Assembly: GCF_009914755.1 (NCBI RefSeq)
Contig: NC_060927.1
From: the human T2T-CHM13v2.0 reference genome, Homo sapiens
DNA length: 64,000 bases
Direction: 5' to 3' (one strand)
In this document: positions 30,744 through 46,796 of the stretch, piece by piece
How the letters are laid out: every line of letters starts with the position of its first letter
Position numbering within the stretch: position 1 is the first letter of the stretch
Position numbers and translations under genes: made by a program
The notes under the pieces: generated by a model
Seen by the model: only the letters and a program-made list of their open reading frames with translations
What the model was told of the DNA's origin: nothing
The model's database searches: none

Positions 30744-31914
30744 TAGTAGAGACGGGTTTTCACCATGTTGGCCAGGTTGGTCTCCCAACTTCTGACCTCA
30801 AGTGATCCAACCACCTCGGTCTCCCAAAGTGTTGGGATTACAGGAATGAGCCATCTTGCCCAGCCAATTTACATCTAGTTTTTAAGCAAGAGATTAATAG
30901 CACTGAAAATTCAATTTTATTGGACACCACATCTTACTTAGATGCCTTTCTCATGGCCTGCACCTGTCTTTTCCTAGCAAGGAAGCTTTTCAGTGAGGGG
31001 CCTTCAGTCATTACCTAGTGCTAGTAGTTTGGAGGAAGAGAAACAGGTTTCATTAATTAGTGATAAACTGTCAATGTATGTGCTTATCCTTATATAAAAT
31101 TACTTGCTATTATGGGATAGACTTTAACAAGGCAACATCTGGACTGCTCATTTCTTTACATTATATATGTATGGAAATTTTTGCAGAAAGCTTGTGAAAG
31201 TTCTTTTTAAACCGCTGCTGTCAAGTAGTAATAACAATACAGAGGATTCCTTCTGTGCACATCTAGAAATAAAAGATTAACTCTTTGCATATTTGGAATA
31301 GCTGCTTCAGTGAAGAAGTATGTAGGATTTTTCTTACTGTGAACAAGTCTTGGCAAGACTTGTTTTTGAAAGAAATGCAAGATTATTTTAGCAATATACT
31401 TTAGTAATGGTTCTGAGGAAATACAAGTGGTATCTTGAGGGTTGGGGGGATGTTAGCTAATTGGTCTTAGAGCTTCAGCCATGGCACCTAATCCTAGGGC
31501 AGCTGATCCATAGCTTGGCCAAAGAGAGAAAAAAATAGAGCATGCTAGCCTGGTGCCAAAAAACCCAAACCAAACACAAAAAACCCTCAGAAATTTGAAT
31601 GAGAAAATATGGAGATAAAATTGGTCAGCACTGGGAACTGAAGCTGGAGTTGGAGGGAGAGTCTGGCGAGGCCAGAACTGACAATGTGCAAATGAAAGAT
31701 GTGAAGAAGCAGAAACTGAGGAAGCAAAGGAGAAAGGAGCAACTCTGCACAGAAAAATTCTCCCCACAGGTCCTTAGTTCATGATGGCTTTCTAATGCAA
31801 CTGCAGCCCTCCTTTTACAACTTTAGTGTCTGTTTTTTTTATGATTGAAATGAGCCTAATTTAAACATAGATTTTAAAAATTCCAGTCTTGCTTAAGATT
31901 TCAAATATAACCAG

Positions 31915-32830
31915 AGATCATTCAAACTGAGTTTAGTAAATATTGTTGAACGTCCGTAATCCAGGCACATGATGCTGTCGTAGGCACAGAGAATGTAGAG
32001 GTAGGTAAGGCTCTGCCTTTAAGGAATTAAGAGACTTGTGGAGGGAAGGACATATAAGAGTTACAATAGAAACAATTTAATTTGAAGTACCTATGTAAGG
32101 TATTTGCAGGAATAGACGTTGGGGAGGAGTTTGGGGTGATGGAAGCCTTCCTAGAGGAAATGTCTGAGGCTTTTAAAGGATAACTAGGAGTTTGCCTGGT
32201 GAATAATGATGTTAGGTGGGTGTTATAGGCATTAAACAACCACATGGTAAGTTTGCAGAATTAAGATCACTTTGGCTGTTAGTCTCATATTCATTCCTTA
32301 TTAGGATATAAAGTATGAAGTGGGCACTGATGAGAAATGAGGCTAAGAAAGTTCACAGGGGCTAGATTGTAAAGACCCTTGAATGTCATACTGCAGAGTT
32401 TAGACTTTTTCTCATTGATGAAAATTCTAAGTAAGAGAAATACATGATCAGATTTGCATTTTAGAAAGATAACACTTGAAATTAGTATGGGAGATGGATT
32501 GGTGATGGATGAAACTAATTTGGAGGCTTTTGAAGTAGTCCAGATGAGATATTTTAAGGAGAGAGAAAAGAGTGTATGGATTCGGTGGAAATTTTAAGGG
32601 GTAGTATCAGTAGAATTAAAGATAGTCTTGTAGGGGTGACGGGAGTTGGACAACTCATAGGTTTCTCGTTTAAGAGAGACTGGGGAATGTGGAAGAGATT
32701 TGTGGGAGAAGTTAATTAATTGGCTGGAACAATTCACTGAATTTTGAGTTCTAGGTGTTTATGAGGCATTCAGGAGGAAATGTCAGAAAGAATGGAGCAA
32801 TTATTTATTGTCTGTCTACTCTGTGTTGCA
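31915..32830 (-). mobile_element. L2 fragment
   Basis: Purine-rich decayed L2 motifs (catgatcagatttgcattttagaaagat, gtagtccagatgaga). Confidence 0.7.
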
Positions 32831-33226
32831 AGCACTGTGCTTGACAGCTAACCTATGTAGGAATGTGGCTGAGAACGATAATAGAAACAAAAATGACACC
32901 AGTGGCCAAATACAGATCACAAAGGCAAGGCACTAAAACTAAATTTTAAAAATATAGAAATACAGAAAGAGGCTGGGTATGGTGGTTCATGCCTGTAATC
33001 CCAGCACTTTGGGAGGTCAGGGCAGGTGAATCACTTGAGCCCAGGAATTGGAGACCAGCCTGGGCTGAATGTGGTGAAACCCTATCTCTACAAAAAAATT
33101 AGCCTGTAGTCCTAGCTACTAGGAGGGCGAGGTGGGAGAATCACCTGAGGCCAGGAAGTCAAGGCTGCAGTGAGCTGTGATTGCACCACTGCACTCCAGC
33201 CTGGGCAACAGAGTGAGACCCTGTCT

Positions 33227-33255
33227 CACACACACACAGACATACACACACACAA

Positions 33256-33292
<37 letters not shown>

Positions 33293-33312
33293 TATACATA
33301 CACACACATATA
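33227..33312 (+). repeat. Compound (CA)n(TA)n(CA)n microsatellite derived from an Alu tail
   Basis: Directly visible after the Alu end ctgtctca. Confidence 0.95.
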
Positions 33313-33340
33313 AAGTTCCCCTGTAGTCTCTCACTCCCAC

Positions 33341-33722
33341 CTTATTTTATTTTATTAGTTTATTTTTATATATTTAAAGGGTACAAGTGCAGATTTCTTT
33401 CTTTCTTACATGTTTGTATCATGTAGCCATGAAGTCTGGTCACTTAGTGTACCCATCACCGGAACAGTAAACAGTAAAACCCAGAAAATTACCTGTACCC
33501 GATAGGTATTTTTCAACCCTCACCCCCCTCCCACCTTTTGTAGTCTCCAATGTCTACTATTCCCTCTTTATGTCCATGTGTACCCTTTGTTTAGCTCTCA
33601 CTTATAAGTGAGAATATGTGGTATCTGGCTTTTTGTTTCTGATTTTTTTGACTAGGGATAATGGCCTTCAGTTCCATCCATGCTGGTGTAGAAGACGTGA
33701 TTTCATTATTTTTTATGGCTGT
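33341..33722 (-). mobile_element. L1PB/L1MA 3' end, 5'-truncated
   Basis: L1 3'UTR motifs (cacttataagtgagaatatg, ttccatccatg) with flanking repeat tctcactcccac. Confidence 0.8.
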
Positions 33723-35557
33723 CTCACTCCCACTTTCTAGAGATAGCCATTGTTAACAGTTAGGGATATTCTATATCATATCGGTATATTTATAAGTATA
33801 GATATGTATGTGCATACACACACACAGACATACCCTTTTATTTTTCCAATAAATGAGTTCATATTTCCACACATGCATCTGCAACTTGATTTTAAAAATC
33901 GTGGTCATCTTTTCATTCCAGGGTAGACAGACCTCTTTATAGTTGGTAATACAGTGTTCTACAGTTGTTGTTGTTGTTTTAAGAGACAGAGTCTGATTCT
34001 GTTGCCTACGCTGGAGTGCAGTGGCATGATCTAGGCCCTCTGCAGCCTCAACCACTCTGGGTTCAAGCAGTCCTCCCACCTCAGCCTCCTGAGTAGCTAG
34101 GATTAGCTCACGCCACTAGGCTCAGCTAATTTTTTTTAATATGTTTTGTAGGGACGGGGCTGGTCTCAAGCTCCTGTGCTCAAGTGATTCTCCTGCCTCG
34201 GCCTCTCAAAGTGTAGAAATTACAGGCATGAGCCATTGCGCCCAGCCACCATAATATGTTTAATCTTTTTTCGGATTGATGAACATTTAAAGTTGTCTTC
34301 ATCAACTCACTATTTCAAATAATGTTGAAGGAACCTCCTTATATTTAATACATATTCTTGTAAATATGGTCAAAGATATGCCTATCTTGAAATATGATAT
34401 TGTTTCCCAAAAGAGCTTAATTTACATTCTTAACAACAGGACTAGTGAAGCTTCTGCCTTATATTCCCATTGCATGTTATCTGTCTTTTAAATTTTTGAC
34501 TGTCAGATTGGCAAAAAATGGTAATTTATTTTTACAAGTATCTTTTATATATTAATGATCATTTGTATTTCTTCTGGATTGTTCCTATTTTACCCATTTT
34601 CTATTGTATTATTTTTCTTATTAATTTGTTGACAGGACATTGACATTTTGTTAAAGTTGCCAGCATTTCCCCAATCTGTTGCTAGTCTGGAGTTTTTCGT
34701 TTTTATGTCATCAAACCTGTCCTTTTTAAAAATTTCCTTGATAGTTTCTGGATTTACTGTCTTAGGTAGAAGTGTTTTTCATCTAAAAATATTCTATTTT
34801 TCTTCTATTATGCAACTTTTTTTTTTTTTTTTTTGAGACAGAGTCTTGCTTTGTTGCCCAGGGTAGAACCCAGTGGCGTGATCTCGTCTTACTGCAACCT
34901 TTGCCTCCTGGGTTCTAACAATACTCCTGCCTCAGCCTCCTAAGTAGCTGGGATTATAGGCGCACGCCACAACACCCGGCTAATTTTTGTTTGTTTTTTG
35001 AGACAAGGTCTTGCTCAGTCGCCCAGGCTGGAGTGCAGTGGCACGATCCTGGCTCACTGCAGCCTCTGCCTCCTGGGTTGAAGTGATTCTCCTGCCTCAG
35101 CCTCCCAAGTAGCTGGGATTACAGGCATGCGCCACCATGTCCGGCTAATTTTTTATTTTTAGTAGAGACAGGGTTTTGCCATGTTGGCCAGGCTGGTCCC
35201 AAACTCGTGACCTCAAGTGATTCACCCGCTGTGGCCTCCCGAAGTGCTGGGATTTTAGGCGTGAGCCACTGCGCCTGGCTTATTATGAAACTTTTAAAGT
35301 GATTATCTTTTCAGTGAATCTGGTATTTTGGGGTTTAGTCATTTATAGGGTACTGACACAACTTTTTTTTTCTCCAAAATTTATTCTAATACCATTATTG
35401 GGCAGATTGTCCTTTCACCACTGATTTGAAATGGTAACTCTGTTATGTACTAAATTTCCCACAATGTGCGTAGGTACTTTCTATTGTTTCATTGATTTTA
35501 GGGGAGAGATCTATTTTTGCACATACCACTATTGGTTTAATTATTGTAATATTATAG

Positions 35558-35848
<291 letters not shown>

Positions 35849-36696
35849 TGATCCATCTGCCTCGGCCTCCCGGAGTGTTGAGATTACAGGCTTGAGCCAC
35901 CGTGCCCGGCCTATTCCTATATATTTTATAATCATGTGCTTTTGTGAATGGGGTCTTCTTGTAGACCTATTACATACTGTTTTCTTTTTGTATGTTTAAA
36001 TTAAACTTTCCACCTTACTAATAATTTAACTGTCTTAGAATTTTTAAGCTAGATAATGTCATCTGCAAGTAGCAATTTTGCCTCTTCTTTTCTATATCTT
36101 ATTTATTTATTTATTATTTATTTTATGTTTTTTGAGACAGAGTCTCACTCTGTCGCCCAGGCTGGAGTGTAGTGGCGTGATCTCGGCTCACTGCAACCTC
36201 CGCGTCCCAAGTTCAAGTGATTCTCCTGCCTCAGCCTCCTGAGTAGCTAGGATTACAGGCGTGCACCACCACACCTGGCTAATTTTTGTAGTTTTAGTAG
36301 AGATGGGGATTCGCCATGTTGGCCAGACTGGTCTCGAACGCCTGACCTCAGGTAATCCACCCACCTTGGCCTCCCAAAGTGCTAGGATTACAGGTGTGAG
36401 CCACTGCGCCCAGCCTTATTTATTTTTAGCCATAGGCTAGAATTTTCTAGACAGTATTGAATTATAGTAATAATCTCTTATCTTAGTGAAATATAATAGA
36501 AAAATTTCTGTCAATTAAAGAAAAAAGCTTTTAAAGAATTAAAGTTAGTGTTATTCAGAAATGTTACTGAGGCCGAGTGTGGTGGCTCACGCCTGTAATT
36601 GTGCCACTGCACTTCAACCTGGGTGACAGAGCGAGACTCTGTCTCAAAAAAAACTCAACTGAAAAAAGTGGAACAAAAGAAAAAGAACCATGATAA

Positions 36697-36981
<285 letters not shown>

Positions 36982-38351
36982 TGAGCCACCTTGCCTGGCT
37001 GCACTCATTTATTTTCATTTATTTTTCATTTTTTGAGTCAGTGTCTTCCTCCATCACCCAGGCTAGAGTGCAATGACATAGTCACAGCTCACTGCAGCCT
37101 CAACTTCCTGGGCTCAAGCTGCACTTATTTAGTCTTCATGATAATACTCAGAGGCAGATATGATTATCTCCATTTTTCAGATAACATTGAGACTTACTAA
37201 CCCACAATACAAAGCTGGGTGTGTTTTTTTTTTTAGAGACAGAGTCTTGCTCTGTCGCCCAAGCTGAAGTCCAATGGCTCGATCATGGCTCACTGCAGCC
37301 TTGAACTCCTGGGCTCAAATGATTCTCGTGAGTAGCTGGGACTACGCTATGCTTGGCTAATTACAAAAAAATTTTTTTTAGAGACAGGGTCTTGTTCTGT
37401 CACTGAGGCTGGCCTTGAACTCCTGAGGTGATCCTCCCGCCTCAGCATCCTGAGTAGGTGGGATTACAGGCACGAGCCACCTTGCCCAGCCAAAACTGGA
37501 CCTTGAACTTCAAAGAGATTTCTCTTTTCCCCTTACTACATTGACAGGGCTTTATAACATTGCTTTTTTACTTTATTGTTACATTCATATTTCACAATTG
37601 TTATTTTTGAATTCACTATCTTCTTCATTATTAAAAGGTGGAAATTGCTTTATGACCTTTTTTATAATTAATAATTTGGGGGGTGATACTTTGAGATTAT
37701 ATGAATACTCTAGTCCCCCAAAACATTTTGCCCAATGGTCTTACCATTCATGGATAATCCTGCCTAAACCAATTATTATAATGGTTATTGCAAATAAAAG
37801 TATTTTTTCGAATAGCCTAATTTAGAAGAAAAGCTTACACTGAGGTAGCAGAAGGACTGAATGTGATTCTTTTGGGGGTTTATTTTTAAAAGCAATTAGT
37901 CCTAAGGAAAAACTTTATAATAGATTCTATATTTTAGAATATAGGCACATTGAAAGCAGTTTGTCTTCTGAAGCTCAATAGCAAAATAAAAAATGCTTAA
38001 AAAAATTCAGCTAAAACCATATCTAAATTTGCCATTTTGGGAATCTTTGTGATAAAGCAGATTATATTCTGTTGAGGATCAGTGGTAAAATAATTTATGC
38101 TAGTGCTGAAGTTAAACTGGAAAAAACATCATACGTGCATAATTTGTTTTATACCTTTAGAATGTAATATCTTTATTTTGCAGTTCATTTTTAGCTTTGG
38201 TACTGTAACAAGGATCTGGTGATTGTGGAATGTTATGAACATAGTGGTTTCGCAATTACTGAGAGCTAAGTGTTTATATAAAACTCCCTTGAATGTTTTA
38301 GTTCCTGGAACTTAAGGAGTGGTAGTTGATAAAGCATAACTCCTTCATTGA

Positions 38352-38750
<399 letters not shown>

Positions 38751-39884
38751 TGATTGGTTCACTGCAATCTCCGCCTCCCGGGTTCAAGCGATTCTTCTGC
38801 CCCAGCCTCCTGAGTAGCTGGGATTACAGGCATGTGCCACCACACCCAGCAAATTTTTTATTTTTAGTAGAGTCAGGGTTTCTCCATATTGGTCAGGCTG
38901 GTCTCGAACTCCCAACCTCAGGTGATCCATCTGCCTCAGGCTCCCAAAGTGCTGGGGTTACAGGTGTGAGCCACCACGCCCAGCCTTATACTTATACTTT
39001 TTAAGTATTACACAGATGTCTTAAAAGTATTTGTATGTTCTGATAAGTGTTTTTTAGCTTTTGAAAAGTAAAATTTATGAAAAAGCCTTGTTGTTTACAA
39101 ATATGTTTACCTTTCTGTTAATTTTAAATGTGGACTTTGATAAGGAAGTTATATTTCGATGATATCCAGTGTAACTAATTTTTTCCCTCTTATTCAAGAA
39201 AGATAATTTTACACTTATTCTTTGACAGAGAAATTTCATAGAATTTTCTTCTTCTAATTTAATTCCAGAATACATTCTCTCAACCCTATGCCCTCATACT
39301 AGTAACCTTGAGGGTTCTTTGAAAGAAAAATTGCTTTAAATCAAGCAATTCTCTTTTGTCATTAAAATAAGCTATTTTCTATTTTTATTTTTAAAAACTA
39401 TTTAAAACAATATAATTATGCAAGTGTGTATATATGTATTTGATTTTTTTGTTTTCTTTTGTTTTTATTTATTTTTTTGACACAGTCTCCTCTGTTGCCC
39501 AGGCTGGAGTGCAGTGATGTGATCTCAGCTCACTGTAACCTACACCTCCCATGTTCCCCCCCTGAGAAGGATCCTCCCACCTCAGCCTCTGGCTAATTTT
39601 TTTTTTGTATTTTTAGTAGAGACGGGGTTTCACCATGTTGCCCAGGCTGGTCTTGAGCTCCTGGGCTAAAGTGATCTGCCCAGCTCAGCCTCCCAAAGTG
39701 CATGAGCCACCGTGCCCAGCTTGATATTTTAATTTTTACTTGAATGAAATCATTTACTGAAAGCAATACATGTTGATGCACACACAAAATTACTGAAGTT
39801 CATCAAATTGTCAAGCATTCAGTAATATATACAGCATTATTATTTTTAATCATTTTCAAACTGAAAACTCCTTTTCTTTTTCAG

Positions 39885-40006
39885 GGATATCATGATAACA
39901 CATTTTGAACCTTCCATCTCCTTTGAGGGCCTTTGCAATGAGGTTCGAGACATGTGTTCTTTTGACAACGAACAGCTCTTCACCATGAAATGGATAGATG
40001 AGGAAG
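39885..40006 (+). CDS. PRKCI: PRKCI coding exon 2 (122 nt): (G)[40 protein letters not shown](G), PB1 domain
   Basis: Acceptor cttttctttttcag|G at 39884/39885 and donor GAAG|GTGAGT at 40006/40007. Joins exon 1 in frame (GG+G=Gly). Ends in the acidic OPCA-type motif WIDEEG of aPKC PB1 domains. Confidence 0.98.
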
Positions 40007-40215
40007 GTGAGTGGTAAAGACAGGGCTGCCTGTGTAAGCATTTTAAGATCTTATTCTATCATTTGTTGTAAAAATATAATGAGTCCTAAAAAGTTTAAGA
40101 GGAAAGACTATTAGAAATTTGATGCCATTCTTGTTTTTTCTTTAAGTATTTAAAAGAATACTGAAGAGCACAATCTTTTTTTTGCCCCTTTTACGCCAAA
40201 ATGATGTGAAATTAA

Positions 40216-40500
<285 letters not shown>

Positions 40501-40761
40501 TGAGCCACTGTGCCCAGCCTAACTTGACTTTTTTAAGCATAAGGTAAGCATCTCATCAAATAGTGTGATGTTTTACTTTAATTTTGTTTTTTCTTTGAAT
40601 TAAATTTTTTTTTTTTATTTTTTAAAGACAGGGTCTTGCTAAGTTGTCCAGGCTGGTCTCCAACTCCTGGCCTCAAGTGATCTTCCCATCATGACCTCCC
40701 AAAGTACTGGGATTGCAAGCAGGAGCCACTGCATTCAGCTTCACTTTATTTTTTAATTTAA

Positions 40762-40920
<159 letters not shown>

Positions 40921-42035
40921 TAATTTTTGTATTTGTAGTAGAGACGGGGTTTTGCCGTGTTGCCCAGGCTGGTCTTGAACTCCTGGCCTCAAGTGATCTG
41001 CCCACCTAGGCCTCCCAAAGTGCTGGGATTACAGGTATGGGCCACCACACCTGGCCCCCAGCTTCACTTTAATTTTGAATATGTGTTGTCTTATATTTTA
41101 ATTTAAGAGATTACCTATTTTTAAGCTGAATATTACCTTAAAGAAAATATTGTGGAATGAAAGTGATTTTGACAATCATTATTTCAAAGTAGTGGCAGAA
41201 ACCTGATACCTCAGTGACTTGTACTCAGAAAACATTTATCATATATGTAGGCTTACGCCTGTAATCCCAGCACTTTAGAGTCTGAGGTGGGAGGATTGCT
41301 TGAGGCCAGGAGTTTGAGAACAGCCTGGGCAACATTGTGAGACCCTGTCTCTACAAAAAGTTTTTAAAACTTATCTGGTGGTAGCGTGCACCTGTGGTCC
41401 CAGCTACTTGGGAGGCTGAGGTGGGAAGATTGCTCGAGCCTGGAAGGTCAAGGCTGAAGATGGGCCCTGATTGTGCCACTGCACTCCAGCAACAAAGCAA
41501 GCAAAGCAAGACCCTGTCTCAAAAAAAAAAAAAAAAAGAAAGAAAAAGGGAAAAAGAAGCAAATATCTGTGTGCTGAGGACAGACATTTCCTATCCTCAA
41601 ACCCATAGTCTGATAGGGAGATGGACACGTGTAACAAATGTGATAAATTCTGGAACATAAACGCATAGGGGCCTTGAGGAATACAAAGGAAGACACATCT
41701 ATAATACATCTGCAATGTTTGACCTAAACCTGTAACAGAGTAGAAGTTTTTGAGGTAGAGGAGGTGAGGAGAAAACCATATAGGCTGAAGAAGAATATGT
41801 AGAAAGGCACAGAAATGTGAAGAACATGATGAGTGAAAAGCAGTAATTCACTGTATCTGAAGTATGAAGTGGTGAAGTATGAATTGGCCTACAGTTTAAC
41901 AGGCTCCACGGGTGAGTTGTATGAATACAGAAATTTGTTTGAGAAGCATGAGACTAGATCCCCAAGAGCTTTGCAGATCACATTAAATTTTATTTTACAT
42001 GACTATTATGGAAGTCTAGTTAAAAGGTACCCTAA

Positions 42036-42198
42036 AGAAAGGGTGGGTTGGGGGTGAGGGATAAAGGCCTACATATTGGGTACAGTGTACACTGCTCAGG
42101 TGATAGGTGCAGCAAAATCTCAGAAGTCACCACTAAAAGAACTTACTCATGTAACCAAACACCACCTGCTCCTTGAAAACCTGTGGAAATAAAAAAAG
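42036..42198 (+). mobile_element. Short L1PB/L1MA 3' end in sense orientation, inside L2 remnants (41560-42010)
   Basis: catattgggtacagtgtacactgctc...catgtaaccaaacaccacctg...aataaaaaaa, with flanking taccctaaa repeat. Confidence 0.8.
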
Positions 42199-44239
42199 AG
42201 AGAAGATACCCTAAATATACTACTTTTTTTACAATAGTTTTCTGTTAATTGTTATACAAATAGAATTTCATTTTAAGGAATGTCATAATATTTAGCTCAA
42301 TATTTGGGATCATTTCTATCTTCCCTGATATAAAGAACTCTGGAAAGTCATTATTGAAGCTCCAAGCTATAGGTAAACATAAACACATTCTCATTTTTTA
42401 AAACAGTGTTCCTGAAGTAATTCATGTTCACTGTTCAGGAAAAAAAGTAGTGCAAAAATTTATGAAATGTAAAAAGAAGCCTCCTGTTTTTCCTTTTTTC
42501 TCTCTCCTCCCTCACCAATTCCAATTGTAAGAGAATAGCTTAGTATGTATCCTTCTATATATTTTCTATGCATTTGCAAACGTGTATGTATGTTTCTATA
42601 AATTCTTTATTAACAGTTTTATTAACATGACAAATGACATACAGCTGATATTTTGCAGACCTGGTGGGCATGGGGAGCTTGGAGCCCAGTGCCACCCACC
42701 CTGGCCCTCCATGGCCTTAAAAAAAAATTATATGGGGCCGGGCATGGTTTCTCATGCCTATAATCCCAGCATTTTGGGAGGCCGAGGCGGGTGGATGGCC
42801 TGAGGTCAGGAGTTCGAGACCAGCCTGACCAGCATAGTGAAGCCCCATCTCTACTGAAAATAGAAAAATTACCTGAGCGTGGTGGCGGGTGCCTGTAATC
42901 CCAGCTACTAGAGAGGGTGAGGCAGGAGAATCACTTGAACCTGGGAGACGGAGGGTTACAGTGAGCCGAGATTGTGTCGTTGTACTCCTGCCTGGGCAAC
43001 AGAGCGAGACTCCATTTCAAAAAAAAAAAAATTATATACAAATCGTTATGCAGTGTTTTCCTTTATAGTATGCGCTGGACATTTTTTCATTTCAGTGTAC
43101 TTCAATTTGCATCATTACTCTTTTTTTTTTTTAGTACTGCATAGTATTACATATTATAGATGTTTCATGATTAATCCCTTATCGATGGACATTTGGACTA
43201 TTTCTAGTTTTTCACTACCATAAACAATATATAATGAACATTTCTTTTCTTTTTTTTTTTTTTTTTGAGACAGTCTCACTCTGTTGCCCAGGCTGGAGTG
43301 CAGTGTCTCGATCTCCGCCCACTGCAACCTCCTCCTCCTTGGTTCAAGCAATTCTTGTGCCCCAGCCTCCTGAGTAGCTGGGATTACAAGCGTGCAACAC
43401 CATGCCTGCCTAATTTTTGTATTTTTAGTAGAGACGGGGTTTCACCATGTTGGCCAGGCTGGTCTTGAACTCTGGCCTCAAGTGATCCACCCGCCTTGGC
43501 CTCCCAAAGTGCTGGGATTACAGGCATGAGCCACCACTCCCAGCCTTATTTATTTATTTCTCTTTTAATACAGAGGCTGGGTTCTCACTATGTTGCCCAG
43601 GCTAGTCTTGAACTCTGGCCTTAAGTGATCCTCCTGACCTAGCCTCCCAAAGTGCTGGGATTACAGGTGTGAGCCACTATGTCAAAACATATGTATATCA
43701 AAACATCATGTTATATACCATAAATATAATTTTTGTCCATTAAAAAATTAAACTAGTTTTTCACACAACTACATGAAATGAGAGGATTTTTTCATTCTTG
43801 CCCTTACCAACCTTAGATATGAATCATAAACATTTTTAAAGATCAGTAAGTGAAATGCTAACCTGGTATTTCAAATTTTGCATTAAGAGGAAAGTTGAGT
43901 ATCTTTATCTTTTTGACCTACCCTATCACAAAGATAGTTTAAATATGGTTACTTATAAATGTCATGACTATCTCACAATATGTCTTCAGCCAGAAAATGA
44001 GACTATATATAATTTAGCACAGTGTGCAACTTATGCTTAGCATTCAATAAAATGCTTCTTATCATAAATGAATATTCTTATTTTAATCCTGATCATTTCA
44101 TACCATTTATTTGCTGATTAGAGTTGTTTTTCAGTCAATGATTTTCAAATTGCAGCACACATAGGCATCACTGGATAATGCTTTTTATTAGACGTACTTA
44201 GTTTAGCGATAGTCCATTAAACATTTTTATAATACCTTT

Positions 44240-44663
<424 letters not shown>

Positions 44664-45699
44664 TTAGTTAGCTGGGCATGGTGGTACACACCTATAGTCT
44701 CAGCTACTCAAAAAGCTAAGGTGGAAGGATTGCTTGAGCATGGGAGATCGAGGCTGCAGTGAGCCATGATTGTGCCACTGCACTCCAACCTAGGCAACAA
44801 AGCAATACCCTGTTTCCAAAAAAAAGATATATGTGTATATATATATTTGTGAGTTGTACAAGAGGCTAGCAACAAGCCTTTCCCTGGTTTAATTTTGCTT
44901 CAGTTATTGGAGACTTAAGCATTGACAGTTACTGTTTATTCTGTTTTTTTTTTCTTAAAGTAGCATATTTTAATTAACAGATGCACATAGTAAATTAACT
45001 TTCTGATGCAACAGTCTTATTATAATGCATTTCATACTTCTTTCTCCCTAAGTAGCTATTAAGTTTCCAAGTTTTCTGGGGAAAGCTATGAAGCTCTAGG
45101 CTTTGTCTTGTTCAAGTAAAAGGTTAAATTTTTCATTAAGGTCTGTTGATTCCCATGCGATCCTTCTCACCTTGCTTAATTCTGATACCAATCTTTTCTT
45201 AATTTTAGGCATACAGAGCCAACAGTAATTATTTTTAAGTTACTTTCAATTAGTTTTCAGTTGTAATTTTGTCACCTTTGTTTTTAATCATGTAGGCATT
45301 GGGGCATGTCGGTCTGATCTGGAGAAAAAAAATTCTCTAGGATCAAAGACAGGACAGTCACTTGATTTCTCTGGCATATGAGAAGTGCTGTTCCTCAAGC
45401 CAAACATTTAATTGTTGGGATTTTATGTTGGAGCAAGTAAAGATCTTAAGCTTACTTCATCTGTTTAAAGAGATTTAAGACAACTGCCCTTTTTCCTTGT
45501 ACTCAAAACCAGTCTTAGTGATTTGTTTTACTGTGGAAAAACTGGTTTGCTTAATCTAACTAAACATTTTAGAATGAGTAGTAATTTTGTAACCATCATG
45601 CCACACTCCTCTTTCTCATAAATTCTTGTGTAACAAAAGTGTGGGACAGGGAATGACAAATGTGACTTTATTTTTTTAACAAATGTAAGTTTTCAGTTC

Positions 45700-46275
45700 T
45701 TTTTTTTAAATTTTTAATTAACAGATAATAATTGTATATGTTCGTGGGATACAGTGTGATGTTTCAATACATGTATATGTTGTGGAATGAAAAAATCAGG
45801 GTAATTAACACATCTGTTACCTCAAATACTTATTTCTTTGTGGTGAGGACATTTAAAATCCACTCTTTTTGTTATTTTGAAATACACAATACATTATTAT
45901 GAATTGTAGTCACCATGCTATGCAATAGATCACCAGAACTTACTACTCCTGTCTAACCACAACCTTGTACCCTTTAACTGGCACCTCCTTTCTCTATCTA
46001 ACCCACTCCCTCCAGCCTCTGGTACTCTCTACGTGTATGAGTTCAACTTTTTTAGATTCCATATATCATGTGGTGTTTGCCTTTGTATGCCTGGCTTATG
46101 CTTATTTCACTTAGCATAATGTCCTCTAGGTTCATCCATGTTGTTGAATATGACATAATTTTCTGCTTGAGGCTGAGTAGTATTCCATTGTGTGTATATG
46201 CCATATTTATTTCATCTGTTTATCCATTGATGGGCATTTCAATTGTTTCCATATCTTAGCTATTGTGAATGATGC
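45700..46275 (-). mobile_element. L1MA 3' fragment
   Basis: L1MA 3'UTR motifs (tagtcaccatgct, cttatttcacttagcataatgtcctctaggttcatccatgttg). Confidence 0.8.
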
Positions 46276-46481
46276 AGATGCTACAGCGTAGTTCACCTTT
46301 GTTTTGAGAGAGGGAGAGAGAGAGACAGAGACAGAGAGAGAGAGAGAAAAGGCCTCACTCTGTTACTCAGGCTGGAGTGTACTGATGCAATTATAGCTCA
46401 CTGCAGCCTCAAACCTATGGGCTTTTGAGATCCTCCCATCACAGCCTCTTAGCTACAGGTGTGTACCACCATGCCTAGCTA

Positions 46482-46796
<315 letters not shown>

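Noticed and set aside
31430-31850. Purine-rich stretch with 104-aa and 61-aa ORFs
   Set aside because: No splice or homology support; more likely a decayed old LTR-type repeat that I cannot assign.
39856-40041. 61-aa minus-strand ORF
   Set aside because: It is the antisense shadow of PRKCI exon 2.
45290-45350. p53-like half site (gggcatgtc) and TCF/LEF-like atcaaag
   Set aside because: Short isolated motifs expected by chance.
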